From IMG/VR virus record IMGVR_UViG_3300028888_000118: a stretch of DNA of 64,000 nucleotides. One strand, given 5' to 3'. Origin of the DNA: an uncultured virus (IMG/VR IMGVR_UViG_3300028888_000118). Taxonomy: Duplodnaviria > Heunggongvirae > Uroviricota > Caudoviricetes. Positions 1 through 11,176 of this stretch are shown here, in pieces (positions within the stretch are counted from its first letter, which is position 1; every line of letters starts with the position of its first letter). A program made the translations under genes and the position numbers. The notes beneath the pieces were generated by a model. The model worked only from the letters and a program-made list of their open reading frames with translations, did not search any database and was not told the DNA's origin.

Positions 1-544
1 TGTTCCAAAATATTCGTCTTTCATATAACAAATTCCGCACAGCTTTCCGGAGAACGCTTCAAGTTTTTCAATCAGAGTTGCATTTTCAATACTTAATTCT
101 TCATAAATATCTACAGTGTATCCAATCATTGTACAGTCCATATAATAATCCTCCTTAAATTGGTACAAATAGTTCTGATATATAACCAATAGACCAATAT
201 ACTAAAATGTATGATAATATTGCCGCAATAATGCAATAAGTAACTAACTCTATGACACTATCAGACCTGCGGCGAAATTTATTATCATTATACCACTTAT
301 ATATAAACCAGATAACGACAATTAGTGCAATAAATAGTGCTGATAGTATTGCTTCAGTATATCCGTTCAAATTGATACACCCCTATCGTTACTATCGTTT
401 GAATGAAAATATTGATACAGTTCATTGTCAGCGTCAAGATATTTCTCAGATACCCTTCTGCATAGATCGAATAGTTCCCGTTCATCAAGTGCTTCTAGCA
501 TTTTTTCATATATCGCTTCATCTATATTAATATCTTTAGTATCT

Positions 545-814
545 TTACTCATCTGTAACCACCTCAAATCTGTATCGTTGCGTAGATTCAGGATATTTAG
601 ATTTATCAACCTCTGAAATAAACTCTGACACAGACCTCGTAAACATTGTGAATTCACATGGATACAACGGCTTGTACACGACACAATCTGAATGATTTGT
701 TGTGTCGTGTGCAAGTCCTACTATTTCATATATGAATTGCTCTGACTTAAAATGCTTTACAATGTCACCGATCTTAAATCTTTCGTTAAACTTTTCAATA
801 TTATTTTTAATCAT
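545..814 (-). CDS. DUF1653-family small protein
   Basis: KHFK...YEIVGLAHDT...VVYKPLY...FTRSVSEFISEVDK.KYP...Q.YRFE signature; start moved to MIKNN (814). Confidence 0.8.
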   Translation of the reverse strand: MIKNNIEKFNERFKIGDIVKHFKSEQFIYEIVGLAHDTTNHSDCVVYKPLYPCEFTMFTRSVSEFISEVDKSKYPESTQRYRFEVVTDE

Positions 815-1618
815 TATGCCACCCATACGCAATTCCATTAACGGTTCTTGTCCCACCGGAGTTAGGAATCTTCTCAGCATGATAACCGACACCACTTCTT
901 GCATAGTCAAGTTGTGTGATATAATTAATATAATTTTGATAACAAGCATCTACATCAGCGTACTCATAGATTTCTTTGTCGTTATCTTCTACATACTTAC
1001 TGTAGAATTCTTCCGGAGTTATCTTGTGTGTCTTGAAATACTTTACGAATTCTTCTTTTGTAAATTTCATTTAACATCTTTCTCCCTAGAATCCATCAGC
1101 TTTCTAAGATCATCAATAATCTTTTCTCTCTCAGAACTAACACCTGCTTCATATCCTGCCATAAATCCTCTCTCATATTGCTGTCTTGCACCTCTAAGTG
1201 CATCCTTGAGTGCTTCCGGAGATATATCAATCTTGTATGTTGTTTTCAATGTTGTAATTGCATCATTCATAATAGAATCATCAATTGCTTTCTCATACTC
1301 ACTTATCATGTCATCATAAAAACGTACATTGATTGGAGAATCGTAGAGATCATAATTATATGCGATTTTCGGTTTATGGAACTTAGGATTCATATCAAAT
1401 CGCACATCAATCACTCCTTATTTTCATTTAATTCGTGGCATTCTTTTTTATCAAACTGGAATAAACAATCTTCACATTCACCGCTATTCAAATAGCAGTC
1501 TTTGCATTTAATACGCTCATATCCTGCTTCTTCTGCCGGAAGATCGTAATAATCTTCAAATGCTTCAATAGCCGCATTCGGACAATCATAGCAACAATGC
1601 CCATTAACAAAACAAGTC

Positions 1619-1990
1619 TTACGTTTCATTGTCTTCTACCTCATAAAGATGCTTAAAATCGGCATTAGGAACATTCAGCGATCCACATGTACTGCAATAT
1701 TTATCAGGATAATAATTCCCTGTTTTCATACTAAAATTGAACCTGAATAGACTTTGACAGTTTGAACACCTATGAAGAAGATGATCCCCTCGCTGTTCAG
1801 GAGTCCATATACCATGTTTACAATTACCTTTAGTATCTGTATTCACTTCTGCTGAACAAGAAAGAAACTCACATAACGCCACATTGCAGAGCGTATTACA
1901 AAACTTGCATACATATCCAAACTCACAATTCCACTTACTGAATAAGCATTCTTTCGGATCAGTTGGCAAAGCATCAACAATAATCTTCAT
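1619..1990 (-). CDS. Cys-rich zinc-ribbon phage protein (HGxW...CSxC...YCxxCG family)
   Basis: KHGIW...CSNC...YCSTCGS. Confidence 0.6.
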   Translation of the reverse strand: MKIIVDALPTDPKECLFSKWNCEFGYVCKFCNTLCNVALCEFLSCSAEVNTDTKGNCKHGIWTPEQRGDHLLHRCSNCQSLFRFNFSMKTGNYYPDKYCSTCGSLNVPNADFKHLYEVEDNET

Positions 1991-2271
1991 TATAATTCAC
2001 TCACTTACAGTTATTTTCAGTATCATCAAACATCCGCTTATCTATCTCCAACGGAGCGACCATAAGATTATTCAATTCTTCCGCAGTATGTACACCACAC
2101 CAAAAGTATTCTCCTGTTTCAATTATAAAGCAGTCAGGCGTGTATGTTTTATTCTCTCCGATATATCTTCCGTATTCTGTTTTAAGTGCAAGCGTTCCTT
2201 TGTACATGAACATACCAACGGGCGCATCAATCAATTTAACCTCATACATACCTAACTACCTCACTTCTATA

Positions 2272-2913
2272 TTACTTAAAATCATTTACCTTGATCTTGA
2301 CAATAATTCTTCTATGCATCCTGTCATACAGTTCACATTCAGGTCTTACAACAACACCTTCCATCGGTGCTTTGTCACTAATTACAGACTTCGGATGACT
2401 CTTTACAAATTCAACCGCTTCCATAATTGTACCATTTCCGACAATAGGAACAACATCAATATTAAACGCCTTTGCAATATCTTCCACAGAATCACGCTTT
2501 AGCCATACATCACCAATGCATACATCAAACAGAATGAAAGACACACCGTCCGGAATATAAAGTGCTCCTACCTTTTGAATCTTTCTTCCGTAACCCTCTC
2601 CGAACAAAATAACATCACTTTCACCAAACTTCTGTTCAAACAGTTCTTCTGTTTCTTCATTGCAGAATTTTTCTGTAAGGAAATTAACAAGATCAGATGG
2701 AATCTGTGCTTTGTCAGTTCTTCCACCAAACTCAATTTTGTGTCCATCCCAGTGAATACGCAGTGAGGTCCCGTCCACTTTTTCAGTCCATAAAAAGTTA
2801 ATATCTTTTAACATTTCAACTGTTTCATTTCTGAATGAACCCTCAATCAGCTTTTTAGTACCATCAATATCTCTATTGAATACTGTTTCAATCTTATGAT
2901 ATTCTTTCATCAT
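2272..2913 (-). CDS. ATP-dependent RNA ligase, Rnl2-like adenylation domain
   Basis: YHKIET N-terminus, motif I EKVDGTS, FGEGYG, FILFDV, EGVVVRP, KIK. Confidence 0.85.
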   Translation of the reverse strand: MMKEYHKIETVFNRDIDGTKKLIEGSFRNETVEMLKDINFLWTEKVDGTSLRIHWDGHKIEFGGRTDKAQIPSDLVNFLTEKFCNEETEELFEQKFGESDVILFGEGYGRKIQKVGALYIPDGVSFILFDVCIGDVWLKRDSVEDIAKAFNIDVVPIVGNGTIMEAVEFVKSHPKSVISDKAPMEGVVVRPECELYDRMHRRIIVKIKVNDFK

Positions 2914-2975
2914 AATTTCTTCCTTTCTATAAATCGTATGTTTCGTATAAAATTATGCTAATCACTTTTGGTAAA

Positions 2976-3782
2976 TCATTCTACATCGTCTTCACATTCA
3001 ACAAACTCGCCATTTTCAAGTCTATACCATGTGTCAGGTTTTAATGTCTTTCCGTCAATTACTCCGGCTTTCCACTCTGAAATGTTATAACTGTTATCAT
3101 GCTCATTTGCAATCAAGATAACCGTACCAATTCCACCTTTTACCTTACATTTGCTTCCACGTAATGCAATCAAGCTGTTATTACCAGAAATTGCCTTACC
3201 ATTACAGGAAACAGATGATTCATCACCAACCGAAACAGATGCACCATAGCCCGCTGAGACATAGGATCTACTTCCCGCTGAAACAATTGAGCCAATACCT
3301 GATGAGACAAGTGAGTAATCTCCAGTTGAAACGGATGAATTCCATCCAGTAGAAATATATGACACACTTCCCGCTGAAACAAATGATCCATCTCCCGCTG
3401 AAACATAGGATGCGCCGTCTACAGAAACAAGCGATCTCACACCAACAGAAACAGATGACGCACTGCCTGATGAAACGGATGACTTATCTCCGGCTGATAC
3501 AAGTGATTTACTAAGACACATAACAGATGATTTTTTGCCAACCGTAACAGCGGATGCAGTGCCTCCAGAAACAGATGATTCACTACCAGAAGAAATACGT
3601 GAGTAATCTCCGATCGAAACAGATGACTTATTTCCTGTTGAGACATGTGATTCATCTCCTACAAGAACAAGTGATTCATCTCCTACAGAAACATATGATT
3701 CATTTCTCTCTATCTGAGTATTAGATGTATTTGATTTTACAAATTCAAAATGTGCTTTGCACAATCCATGAACATCTAGCAT
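2976..3782 (-). CDS. C-terminal part of a DUF7666-type protein with 11-aa Ser/Gly repeats (probable beta-solenoid)
   Basis: Tandem S-x-V-S-x-G-x-x-S repeats; C-terminal IDGKTLKPDTWYRLENGEF. Confidence 0.7.
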   Translation of the reverse strand: MLDVHGLCKAHFEFVKSNTSNTQIERNESYVSVGDESLVLVGDESHVSTGNKSSVSIGDYSRISSGSESSVSGGTASAVTVGKKSSVMCLSKSLVSAGDKSSVSSGSASSVSVGVRSLVSVDGASYVSAGDGSFVSAGSVSYISTGWNSSVSTGDYSLVSSGIGSIVSAGSRSYVSAGYGASVSVGDESSVSCNGKAISGNNSLIALRGSKCKVKGGIGTVILIANEHDNSYNISEWKAGVIDGKTLKPDTWYRLENGEFVECEDDVE

Positions 3783-4036
3783 ATCACCGATCTTGATTTT
3801 CTTTCACAGACCTTCGTATCAAATTCACGCTCATCTGAAAGTTCGTCAAGCCAAACCTCATGAAATTCACTTATTGAAGGCGAGTAGTAGTTTATACAAT
3901 CCAGTGGATTCAAACACGCATGAAATCCAGATTCACACAGCCGTGCTTCCGGTTCTTCATAACTTTCTCCTTCTTTGAAGTGAAAGCCACGACATGTCAT
4001 ATCTTTATTAAATCCCTTATATGCTTTAATTGACAT
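3776..4036 (-). CDS. N-terminal DUF7666-type domain, out of frame with the downstream repeat ORF
   Basis: MSIKAYKGFNKDMTCRGF...CESGFHAC..PLDC..YY. Confidence 0.7.
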   Translation of the reverse strand: MSIKAYKGFNKDMTCRGFHFKEGESYEEPEARLCESGFHACLNPLDCINYYSPSISEFHEVWLDELSDEREFDTKVCERKSRSVIC

Positions 4037-4308
4037 AATATCACTCCTTTTATTTAATTTAATTATTAGTTTTACTCATATTCGCACTGACGTACATCAT
4101 ACAGCATCATTCCAATATATGCACTTTTCACATGGATTGTAATCATCAGTATACCAAGATTCAGTTTCCATCACTATCACCACCATCATCACTTACATCA
4201 TCAACATAAAGTACCTTTGATTCAAGATTACCGCTGTAGTCACACATATCATATTTACATCCTACACATTCTCCAATTGCACCACGATAACAATGATAAC
4301 ATGGATTT

Positions 4309-4638
4309 TCAATTATCATTGTCAGCACCTACCTTGTTGCCAACGTCAGCAACATAGTCATTCATCTTCGCGCCGCAGTTAGGGCAATAATTTTCTGCAC
4401 CGATGCTTTGTCCATATTCGCACTCACTGCAACATTTAATTCCGTATGGGTTATTCATTACCCACCACCCGTGCCGCACGGGTTCTGCTTCGATTTGAAT
4501 TGTAGGTGTATCTCTAAGTCCCTGATACACCATACAATCATCTTCCTTACAATACGCAGTAGATGCACAATATTTACAAATATTTTTACCTGCTTGTTCA
4601 CGGTTAATAAGTTCCTGCAAATTCTTCACTTCTTTCAT
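4309..4638 (-). CDS. zinc-ribbon phage protein
   Basis: VRHGWW...CSEC...NYCPNCGAKM. Confidence 0.7.
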   Translation of the reverse strand: MKEVKNLQELINREQAGKNICKYCASTAYCKEDDCMVYQGLRDTPTIQIEAEPVRHGWWVMNNPYGIKCCSECEYGQSIGAENYCPNCGAKMNDYVADVGNKVGADNDN

Positions 4639-4961
4639 TTTTCATTATTATCGCCTACCTTTTTGCTATAGTCAGCAAAAAGGTCTTTTTCATCTATTTC
4701 ATTTTTCGACCCACAGTTAGGACAGAAATCGGGCATTTCAAACCAATATCCTCTCCATATACCGTTACCACAAGATGAACAGATATATTTTCCATGTTCA
4801 TCATCATTAATCCACGTACCGTGTTTCTGTGTTTCTATTGTTGGCATATCTCTGATCATCTTTTTAACATCGTCATAGGTAAAAAGACGGTCATCATCTT
4901 CAAATCTTTCAATGTTTGAAATATGTCTTATAAAAGCATCTGCATCAATCGGGCGCATCAT
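4635..4961 (-). CDS. zinc-ribbon phage protein
   Basis: MRPIDADA...KHGTW...CSSC...FCPNCGSK; start moved to 4961. Confidence 0.7.
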   Translation of the reverse strand: MMRPIDADAFIRHISNIERFEDDDRLFTYDDVKKMIRDMPTIETQKHGTWINDDEHGKYICSSCGNGIWRGYWFEMPDFCPNCGSKNEIDEKDLFADYSKKVGDNNEK

Positions 4962-5440
4962 CGTCACACTCCTTATACAACCAATCAAGGCGGCATTCTC
5001 TGCATGATCTAAGACAGTTGCATTCAATTCCGTCACTTTCTCCCGGACACACACGAATGATTTCTGCAAGTTCATCTGCACTCATTTCTCTCACTCTGTC
5101 AATATTCAGCATTTTCATACACCCCACAACTTAAAAATAATACGTGATTTCCTCATTTGCACGAATTCCGTACCTTGCGTATATGTAATCTACAAAATCA
5201 CTTTTATTTATACTGTTAAACAGTTCCTCATCGTTTGGATATTTCTCTAGGTAGTCGCGTTCGTATTTACATTCAATGATATCCATCACATCATGTACTA
5301 GAACACCTCTATTGTCATTAATAATATCTGTAAGATCAATCGTGTCAAGATAATCAAATTCTTGCGCCGCTAGCATATCATGTTCTTTTAACCACTCACG
5401 GTATTTATCAAAACTTTCCATAATACAGTTCTCCAATCAT

Positions 5441-6082
5441 TTACTGTGTGTCCTTATTCACAGATTCACATAACAATGCAAGTCTTTTTACAATTTCATC
5501 ACGGATATCTTTCTCAAAGTTATTACAAATATCATCAATATCCTCACCGCAAAGTGGCATACCTTGTGCGAATCCGAAATAATTAGTTATATCAGAATCC
5601 TCACTAATCGGAGTAAACCCAATTCCAAATTGAACATTCGCATAATATTCAGCATACATATCAACTGCATATCCTCCGTACAGATCACGACCATTGATTT
5701 GTTTTGGAATAATAGACTTCATTAGATTTTTGACTATATCATCCAGTCTCTTCCTTACATCATCATTATTCATCATAGCACAATACTCCCCTCTATAGCA
5801 CGGTGAATCTGCCCACATCTCACAATCATCACAAAGATTAAAATTATAATCTAAACATTTTCCGCGCCTAGATTCAACTACTTTGGTAGTGTTATCTTCA
5901 TCATTGCACTCATTGTTATAAAATGGAGCATTCTTCAAATCATCCTTTAGTTCAAAGTTCTGACATTGCCTTGATCCACTATACATGTAATCTTTGTGTA
6001 GAGTGCAATAATAATTTCCACATCCGGCAAAGTATCTATATTCTATATATCTACAGCATGAACACGTATATCCATTATTCAT
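5441..6082 (-). CDS. Cys-rich hypothetical protein
   Basis: 213-aa ORF in the co-directional gene string. Confidence 0.6.
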   Translation of the reverse strand: MNNGYTCSCCRYIEYRYFAGCGNYYCTLHKDYMYSGSRQCQNFELKDDLKNAPFYNNECNDEDNTTKVVESRRGKCLDYNFNLCDDCEMWADSPCYRGEYCAMMNNDDVRKRLDDIVKNLMKSIIPKQINGRDLYGGYAVDMYAEYYANVQFGIGFTPISEDSDITNYFGFAQGMPLCGEDIDDICNNFEKDIRDEIVKRLALLCESVNKDTQ

Positions 6083-6482
6083 CTCTCCATTTACGATCTA
6101 CGTCAATCATTTTCAACGCAACCACCTTCATCATATAGTTTATCAAGTTCCTGTAGTTCAGATAGCTTATCAGGATTCTCAATAATACTCCGTGCTATAT
6201 GTCTGATAATAAATATATACTCCCGCAACGCATAATAGTGTGTGAAGTCAAAGTAAATAGAGTCACCGCGTATCTTCCAAAAATCAATATCTTTTAATTC
6301 TTTCATATTGTTATATGATTGAAATTCTTTATTGAGTGTGTCACATATTAATTCAAGTGTTGCTATTGATGATGCACCATCTGGCACTTCAAATACTCTT
6401 GAAGATGTCTCTTTTGTGTTATTTGGTAGTTCACGATACCACATAGAGTCAGAATCAGTAATAACACTGTACATCAAAACTT

Positions 6483-6605
6483 TCATTTTATTTCCTCTTG
6501 TAGCCATTCGTACAATTCCTTCGGACCTACTTTCTCGCAGTGTTGCCCGTTAAGCGGACAATGAGTACAATCATCATCAAATATATCACAGACCAAATTC
6601 AACAT
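6483..6605 (-). CDS. 40-aa Cys-rich ORF duplicating the C-terminus of 7026..7382 (absent from ORF track)
   Basis: Translates MLNLVCDIFDDDCTHCPLNGQHCEKVGPKELYEWLQEEIK*. Confidence 0.55.
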   Translation of the reverse strand: MLNLVCDIFDDDCTHCPLNGQHCEKVGPKELYEWLQEEIK

Positions 6606-7066
6606 CTCCAATGTGATATATCAAACTTTATACCATAACAACGTAGCAACTCCATCTCTAAGAAATGAAACGCATAGTAAAGGCATTTTGCGGAATCTTT
6701 TCCGATACCTGAAACATCTGTAAGGCGTTGTATATTCTTATATAAATCTCCGATTGTCAGATTGTTGAACAAACTACATCTTAGTCTATCTTCGTGCAAC
6801 ACTTCACACAAATAAATTACTATATTTGTATATACTTGTTTCGGTATCTGGATTACTATATTGTCGTTTCTACATTTAATAAGTCTGCGTCTACCACCGA
6901 AAGTAATAAGAGTGTGCATGTCTCTACTAATCTTATCATAATCAGCGCACATCTCATCTAGTGCAATGTCACGGTATGCATATATTGGAAGATAGCATTT
7001 TGAAAGTTTAATGTTCATTACATCATCAAATGTCATTTCCACTGACCTCTTCCTGTAACCATTCAT
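6599..7066 (-). CDS. hypothetical protein, possible C-terminal helix-hairpin-helix (VSGIGKDSA)
   Basis: 155-aa ORF; GIG motif. Confidence 0.5.
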   Translation of the reverse strand: MNGYRKRSVEMTFDDVMNIKLSKCYLPIYAYRDIALDEMCADYDKISRDMHTLITFGGRRRLIKCRNDNIVIQIPKQVYTNIVIYLCEVLHEDRLRCSLFNNLTIGDLYKNIQRLTDVSGIGKDSAKCLYYAFHFLEMELLRCYGIKFDISHWRC

Positions 7067-7382
7067 ACAGCACCTTTGGACTTACCTTTTCACAGTGCTG
7101 TCCATTAAGCGGACAATGCTGACAATCATCATCAAATATATCACAGAAATTAAACATATATGCTAGTGTTCGATCACAAACATTTCTTAGTGCTTCTCGC
7201 ACCTTATCGCCATTTGTTACAGGCTTCATGTCTTCAAGTTCTGCAATTGCCTGTGAAAGTCCTACAACTTCCTGAGACAGTACCCAAGCGACATTATCAG
7301 ATGTACTTACGTTATCTGAAATACATGTAGCTTTTCTCTCTATCTCATTACACAACTGTATGATCTTTTTATTATTATTCAT
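7026..7382 (-). CDS. Cys-rich hypothetical protein
   Basis: TNGDKVR...CDIFDDDCQHCPLNGQHC...EWLQEE. Confidence 0.6.
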   Translation of the reverse strand: MNNNKKIIQLCNEIERKATCISDNVSTSDNVAWVLSQEVVGLSQAIAELEDMKPVTNGDKVREALRNVCDRTLAYMFNFCDIFDDDCQHCPLNGQHCEKVSPKVLYEWLQEEVSGNDI

Positions 7383-7803
7383 TTTGACTTACCTCATTAT
7401 CAGTTGATTCAGTATCAACTTCATGGATTTCAACTAACGCAGATTTTAATGTATATCTATCAGCAAATGCGCTATCTTTAAGTTCCTTGATAGCCAAAGC
7501 TACATAAAGTTCATTAGGATATACGCGAGCATTGGTAATAGCACGGTCAAATGAATTAGTATCACCGCAATAGTACAGCCCTGTATTAGACTTTATAACA
7601 TATCCGTAACACTGTTCATACTCTCCGTTCATCTTTACACCGCACTTCGGGCAAAATTTGAACCATAAAATTTGATTTTCATCTGCATAGCATTCATTGC
7701 CCGGAGTAATCTTTTTACAATTTGAACAGTAGTAGTGCTTCATTCCACCAATTGTTTCATCGTATATCCATTTACCGTATCTCAGCATCACTATCTCTCC
7801 CAT
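7375..7803 (-). CDS. zinc-ribbon phage protein
   Basis: YGKW...CSNC...FCPKCGVKM. Confidence 0.65.
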   Translation of the reverse strand: MGEIVMLRYGKWIYDETIGGMKHYYCSNCKKITPGNECYADENQILWFKFCPKCGVKMNGEYEQCYGYVIKSNTGLYYCGDTNSFDRAITNARVYPNELYVALAIKELKDSAFADRYTLKSALVEIHEVDTESTDNEVSQNE

Positions 7804-8113
7804 TAATCATCCTTGATCCGCAGAACATACAATACGGCGGTGGATCAAATGTCTTTAGTGAGTGTGCTTGACATAGATGATTACATATACTGCACTTGTA
7901 TGATCGTATTCCAAACTCTAGTTTAATGTCAAGCCACTCACCACATGTGTTATCTTCTTCAATACTAGGCATCTCTGAAATAAGTTTATATACACGGCAC
8001 TTCATAGCGTTGTATAATGGATGTGTTGAACGCATTGCATTTTCTTCATGAGCGCATTGTCCACACTCATCACATAGCTTGTTTAACAAATTCTGCTTAT
8101 ATATAGCTTCCAT
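7772..8113 (-). CDS. zinc-ribbon phage protein
   Basis: CGEW...CSIC...YCMFCGSRM. Confidence 0.65.
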   Translation of the reverse strand: MEAIYKQNLLNKLCDECGQCAHEENAMRSTHPLYNAMKCRVYKLISEMPSIEEDNTCGEWLDIKLEFGIRSYKCSICNHLCQAHSLKTFDPPPYCMFCGSRMINGRDSDAEIR

Positions 8114-8339
8114 GCTTAGGCATCTCCATATAACATTCTATATATTTCAGGATCAGCAATTGCTCTCTTCCTATCAATATACCATGCATCATGTAGTCTA
8201 ATATCACACATAGGTGTATCTGTCTTTAGTGTTGGCGGGTTCTTGCTAACTTCATGAGGATGGTATGATTTTAAGTTGATAGGTTCAACATAAATTGGTT
8301 TATTAGTGGAGTCTTTCATACACACCTCACCTCAAATAT

Positions 8340-8368
8340 AGTATAACACTATTTTAATAAAATGTCAA
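8340..8368 (-). promoter_or_regulatory. sigmaA-type early promoter
   Basis: TTGACA-17nt-TATACT with extended TG. Confidence 0.8.
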
Positions 8369-8392
8369 TATGTTTTTATAAAAGATTATTAT

Positions 8393-9082
8393 TTAATCAT
8401 CATGTTCTTCCGGATAGAACTCTTTGTGAATTTCTTCTGTATCAATATTAACAAATTTATATTTTCTAAGATCATTGAGTCCAAAATCTCTCTCTAGTGT
8501 TTCATCATCTCTATAGCTAGTCTGATATGCAAGTTCCGGAACACACTTAAATACAGGAACACCGCCAAGCCAATATCCACGCATCATATTTCTATAAGTT
8601 AAATCTTCTCTGCAAACTTCATATGTAACCGAATCGTGCAATTCTCCGTCCATAAGTCTACAAGTCCTTCGGAGATATCCTGCTTGAATTCCTCCGAACC
8701 GCTTAATGAATGATTGATACCCTTTACGCGCCGGATTATCCGCAAAGCACCAAAATTCAACTCTATCTAGCTTGAATTTGAAAAAGATATCTGCAATTAC
8801 TTGTAAAACATCCTTTGCAAATATATAACTAGATTCTCCAAAATTGATAATTCCGAATCGTGATGCCGTTCTAGTTGTATCATCATAAAAATAACTTATA
8901 AATCCAATGACATTCCCGTTTTCGTCAAGCGATACAAAATCTCTACGATCATAACAGTTATCTGCAAGTTGCGGAATTCTATCGCCGGAGGTATCACGGT
9001 AATATTGATATCTCTTATCATACCATGTTTCTAAGTATTTATCCTGAAATTCTTTTTCATACTTCTTTGCAATTGCTAACAT
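8393..9082 (-). CDS. GNAT (RimJ/RimL-like) N-acetyltransferase
   Basis: FFKFKLDRVEFWCFADNPA.K.Y...GG...GYLR....DGELHD. Confidence 0.75.
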   Translation of the reverse strand: MLAIAKKYEKEFQDKYLETWYDKRYQYYRDTSGDRIPQLADNCYDRRDFVSLDENGNVIGFISYFYDDTTRTASRFGIINFGESSYIFAKDVLQVIADIFFKFKLDRVEFWCFADNPARKGYQSFIKRFGGIQAGYLRRTCRLMDGELHDSVTYEVCREDLTYRNMMRGYWLGGVPVFKCVPELAYQTSYRDDETLERDFGLNDLRKYKFVNIDTEEIHKEFYPEEHDD

Positions 9083-9483
9083 TATTTTACCCCCAACACT
9101 CTAAACTTGAATCCTTTATATTGTGGTTTTCTACAGTGTTCACACGGAAATGTTGCTTTCTCGATCACAATTCTATCATCTTGAATATTCTGCTCAATAA
9201 ACGGAAACTGCGCTGTAATATCACGATTACATTCTGTACATCCTGTATGAAGAACTATATAAAATAAATCATTTGATATGATATCAATAGATGTATAGTC
9301 CCCATCTTCTACATATATAGCTACCTTTAATCCGTTTGGAAGTTCACATTCCATGTCCTCAATATACTCAGTTGTATACAATGTGAAATTTGTATATCCA
9401 ACAGGCTCAAATTCATCCATCCTGACATCACGAAATACGCCATCAAATTTTAACGGCTTACTCATATTATCTAGTCACCTCAT

Positions 9484-9897
9484 TCATACTTCTTCAAACA
9501 TAAATGTTTGATTCTTTGTTGTATAGTATATCTTATGTATGCCAAAATCTTTTATAGCTGACATACAAACTTTACAAGGTCTTGCCAATCTAAACTTTCC
9601 GTCTTTTTGTTTAGATATAATGACAAGTTCAACTTTGTGCCACTTTACATCTCCGTCAAATCTCCGGAGACAGTTTATCTCAGAATGCTCCATGTCTATG
9701 AAATTTTCAACGTCTTTTAGATCAGTACGTGATCTATAGTATTTCTGCAATGGTGAAGTCTTAGCAGAGTTTACCCCGAAACTTATAACTTTTCCATTAT
9801 ATACAAGAAATGACACTGTTTTATTATTCTTGTAAGGTTTATCTGTGTAAATGCTATCATACATTCTGCACAGACTATTTAACAATTTATTCGTCAT
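9484..9897 (-). CDS. Zn-dependent cytidine/dCMP deaminase-fold protein
   Basis: HSEINCL...ARPCKVC...IKDFGIHKIYYT. Confidence 0.8.
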   Translation of the reverse strand: MTNKLLNSLCRMYDSIYTDKPYKNNKTVSFLVYNGKVISFGVNSAKTSPLQKYYRSRTDLKDVENFIDMEHSEINCLRRFDGDVKWHKVELVIISKQKDGKFRLARPCKVCMSAIKDFGIHKIYYTTKNQTFMFEEV

Positions 9898-10499
9898 TAC
9901 AATTACCAGTAGACTTACTCAAAACTGCCTTGAAAGATTCATGCCAAATATCACGACCAGAATCAAGATATGCATCAGAGATCACATCCTCAATCGGTCT
10001 ATTTTCATACTCAGCAACTTTCTTTGCAAGCTGTTCGCACATAGCTGTAACAGTTTTCATATAACTGTCTCTTTCCATAGGATTCATAAATATCATGGTT
10101 TACCTCACTTTCAAACTGATTGATATTCAAGTGACTCCATTACTGCAATATTTTCCTCTGTAGGCTCTATGCCTAATCGCTTACACAACTTAATTCGCAA
10201 ATAGTGCTTACATATTGTAAACACATAATTTGACAGAGCACCACAAACAGAGTTAATCACTAAAATAACTGCGATCTTTATTGTTTCATTCATCTTCAAT
10301 TTTGCAATAACTACAGATGCAAGGATCATAAAGCATCCGAGTATTGCATTATATGGAACAGATTCTATCATATTTATTTTCGCACTTCTTAATTCACAGA
10401 AAACCGGAGTTTTACCTCTTTCAATATTAGCTTTAACTCTGTCAAAGTCTTGCTTATATCTCAGTAAATCCTCCGGCTTTCTAATCAGCAAATAATACT

Positions 10500-11102
10500 T
10501 CATACAGTTTCCACGACTCGGAAGTCTTTCGGAATCCGGCTCTTTGCAAAATAGCAATTCTTGCCGACTACAAGATACCATGCGGTTTTGAACTGAAAGT
10601 TAGGTGCCATCTTCTTGACACGCTTTGTTTCTTCTCCCCACTCAAACTCAATTACTGTACCTACCGGAAGTTTTGCAAGTGTATTAGTGGATGTAGCTTC
10701 CATACACCGCTTGCGCCATGCAAGGGCGTATTCATTATCAGTAGGAGACAGTTTTTTAATGATTCGCTTCGGACACTTGCTTTCGTAAGGACCCATATCC
10801 TCACTCATCTCCTTATAACAGAAGTTGTAATAATCTTTGCTGTCAACATGTGTAAGGATTACGCATCCCCACACTTCCTGTTCATTCTCCGGGATGTTTT
10901 CATATCCTACAATCTTGTCACCATCCCAAATTGTTTTACGAATGCGTTTTACAGCACCATACCATACGTTTCCTTTGAGAGCGCAGTCAACGATCTCATA
11001 ATTTCCTGCATTCAGACCGCCCATGAAATAGGAAATGCATTCTGCCATGATATCAACCTTACCGTTCTTGTAAGCACTTGCGTGATAAGATGTCCAACCC
11101 AT
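10500..11102 (-). CDS. DUF6927-like early protein
   Basis: MGWT...YKEMSEDMGPYESKCP.RI...LSPT.NEYA..WR..C; first gene after a promoter. Confidence 0.65.
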   Translation of the reverse strand: MGWTSYHASAYKNGKVDIMAECISYFMGGLNAGNYEIVDCALKGNVWYGAVKRIRKTIWDGDKIVGYENIPENEQEVWGCVILTHVDSKDYYNFCYKEMSEDMGPYESKCPKRIIKKLSPTDNEYALAWRKRCMEATSTNTLAKLPVGTVIEFEWGEETKRVKKMAPNFQFKTAWYLVVGKNCYFAKSRIPKDFRVVETV

Positions 11103-11147
11103 AATTTACCTCACTTTCACGTTCTCAATCATCCCTCTTACAAATAT

Positions 11148-11176
11148 AGTATATCATATTTTCGTGGAAATGTCAA
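11148..11176 (-). promoter_or_regulatory. early promoter (terminator hairpin at ~11203-11239 just upstream)
   Basis: TTGACA-17-TGaTATACT. Confidence 0.85.

Noticed and set aside
3200..3700. 33-bp tandem repeats as a CRISPR array or DGR template
   Set aside because: They are in-frame 11-aa coding repeats; no reverse transcriptase or adenine-specific variant pair is visible.
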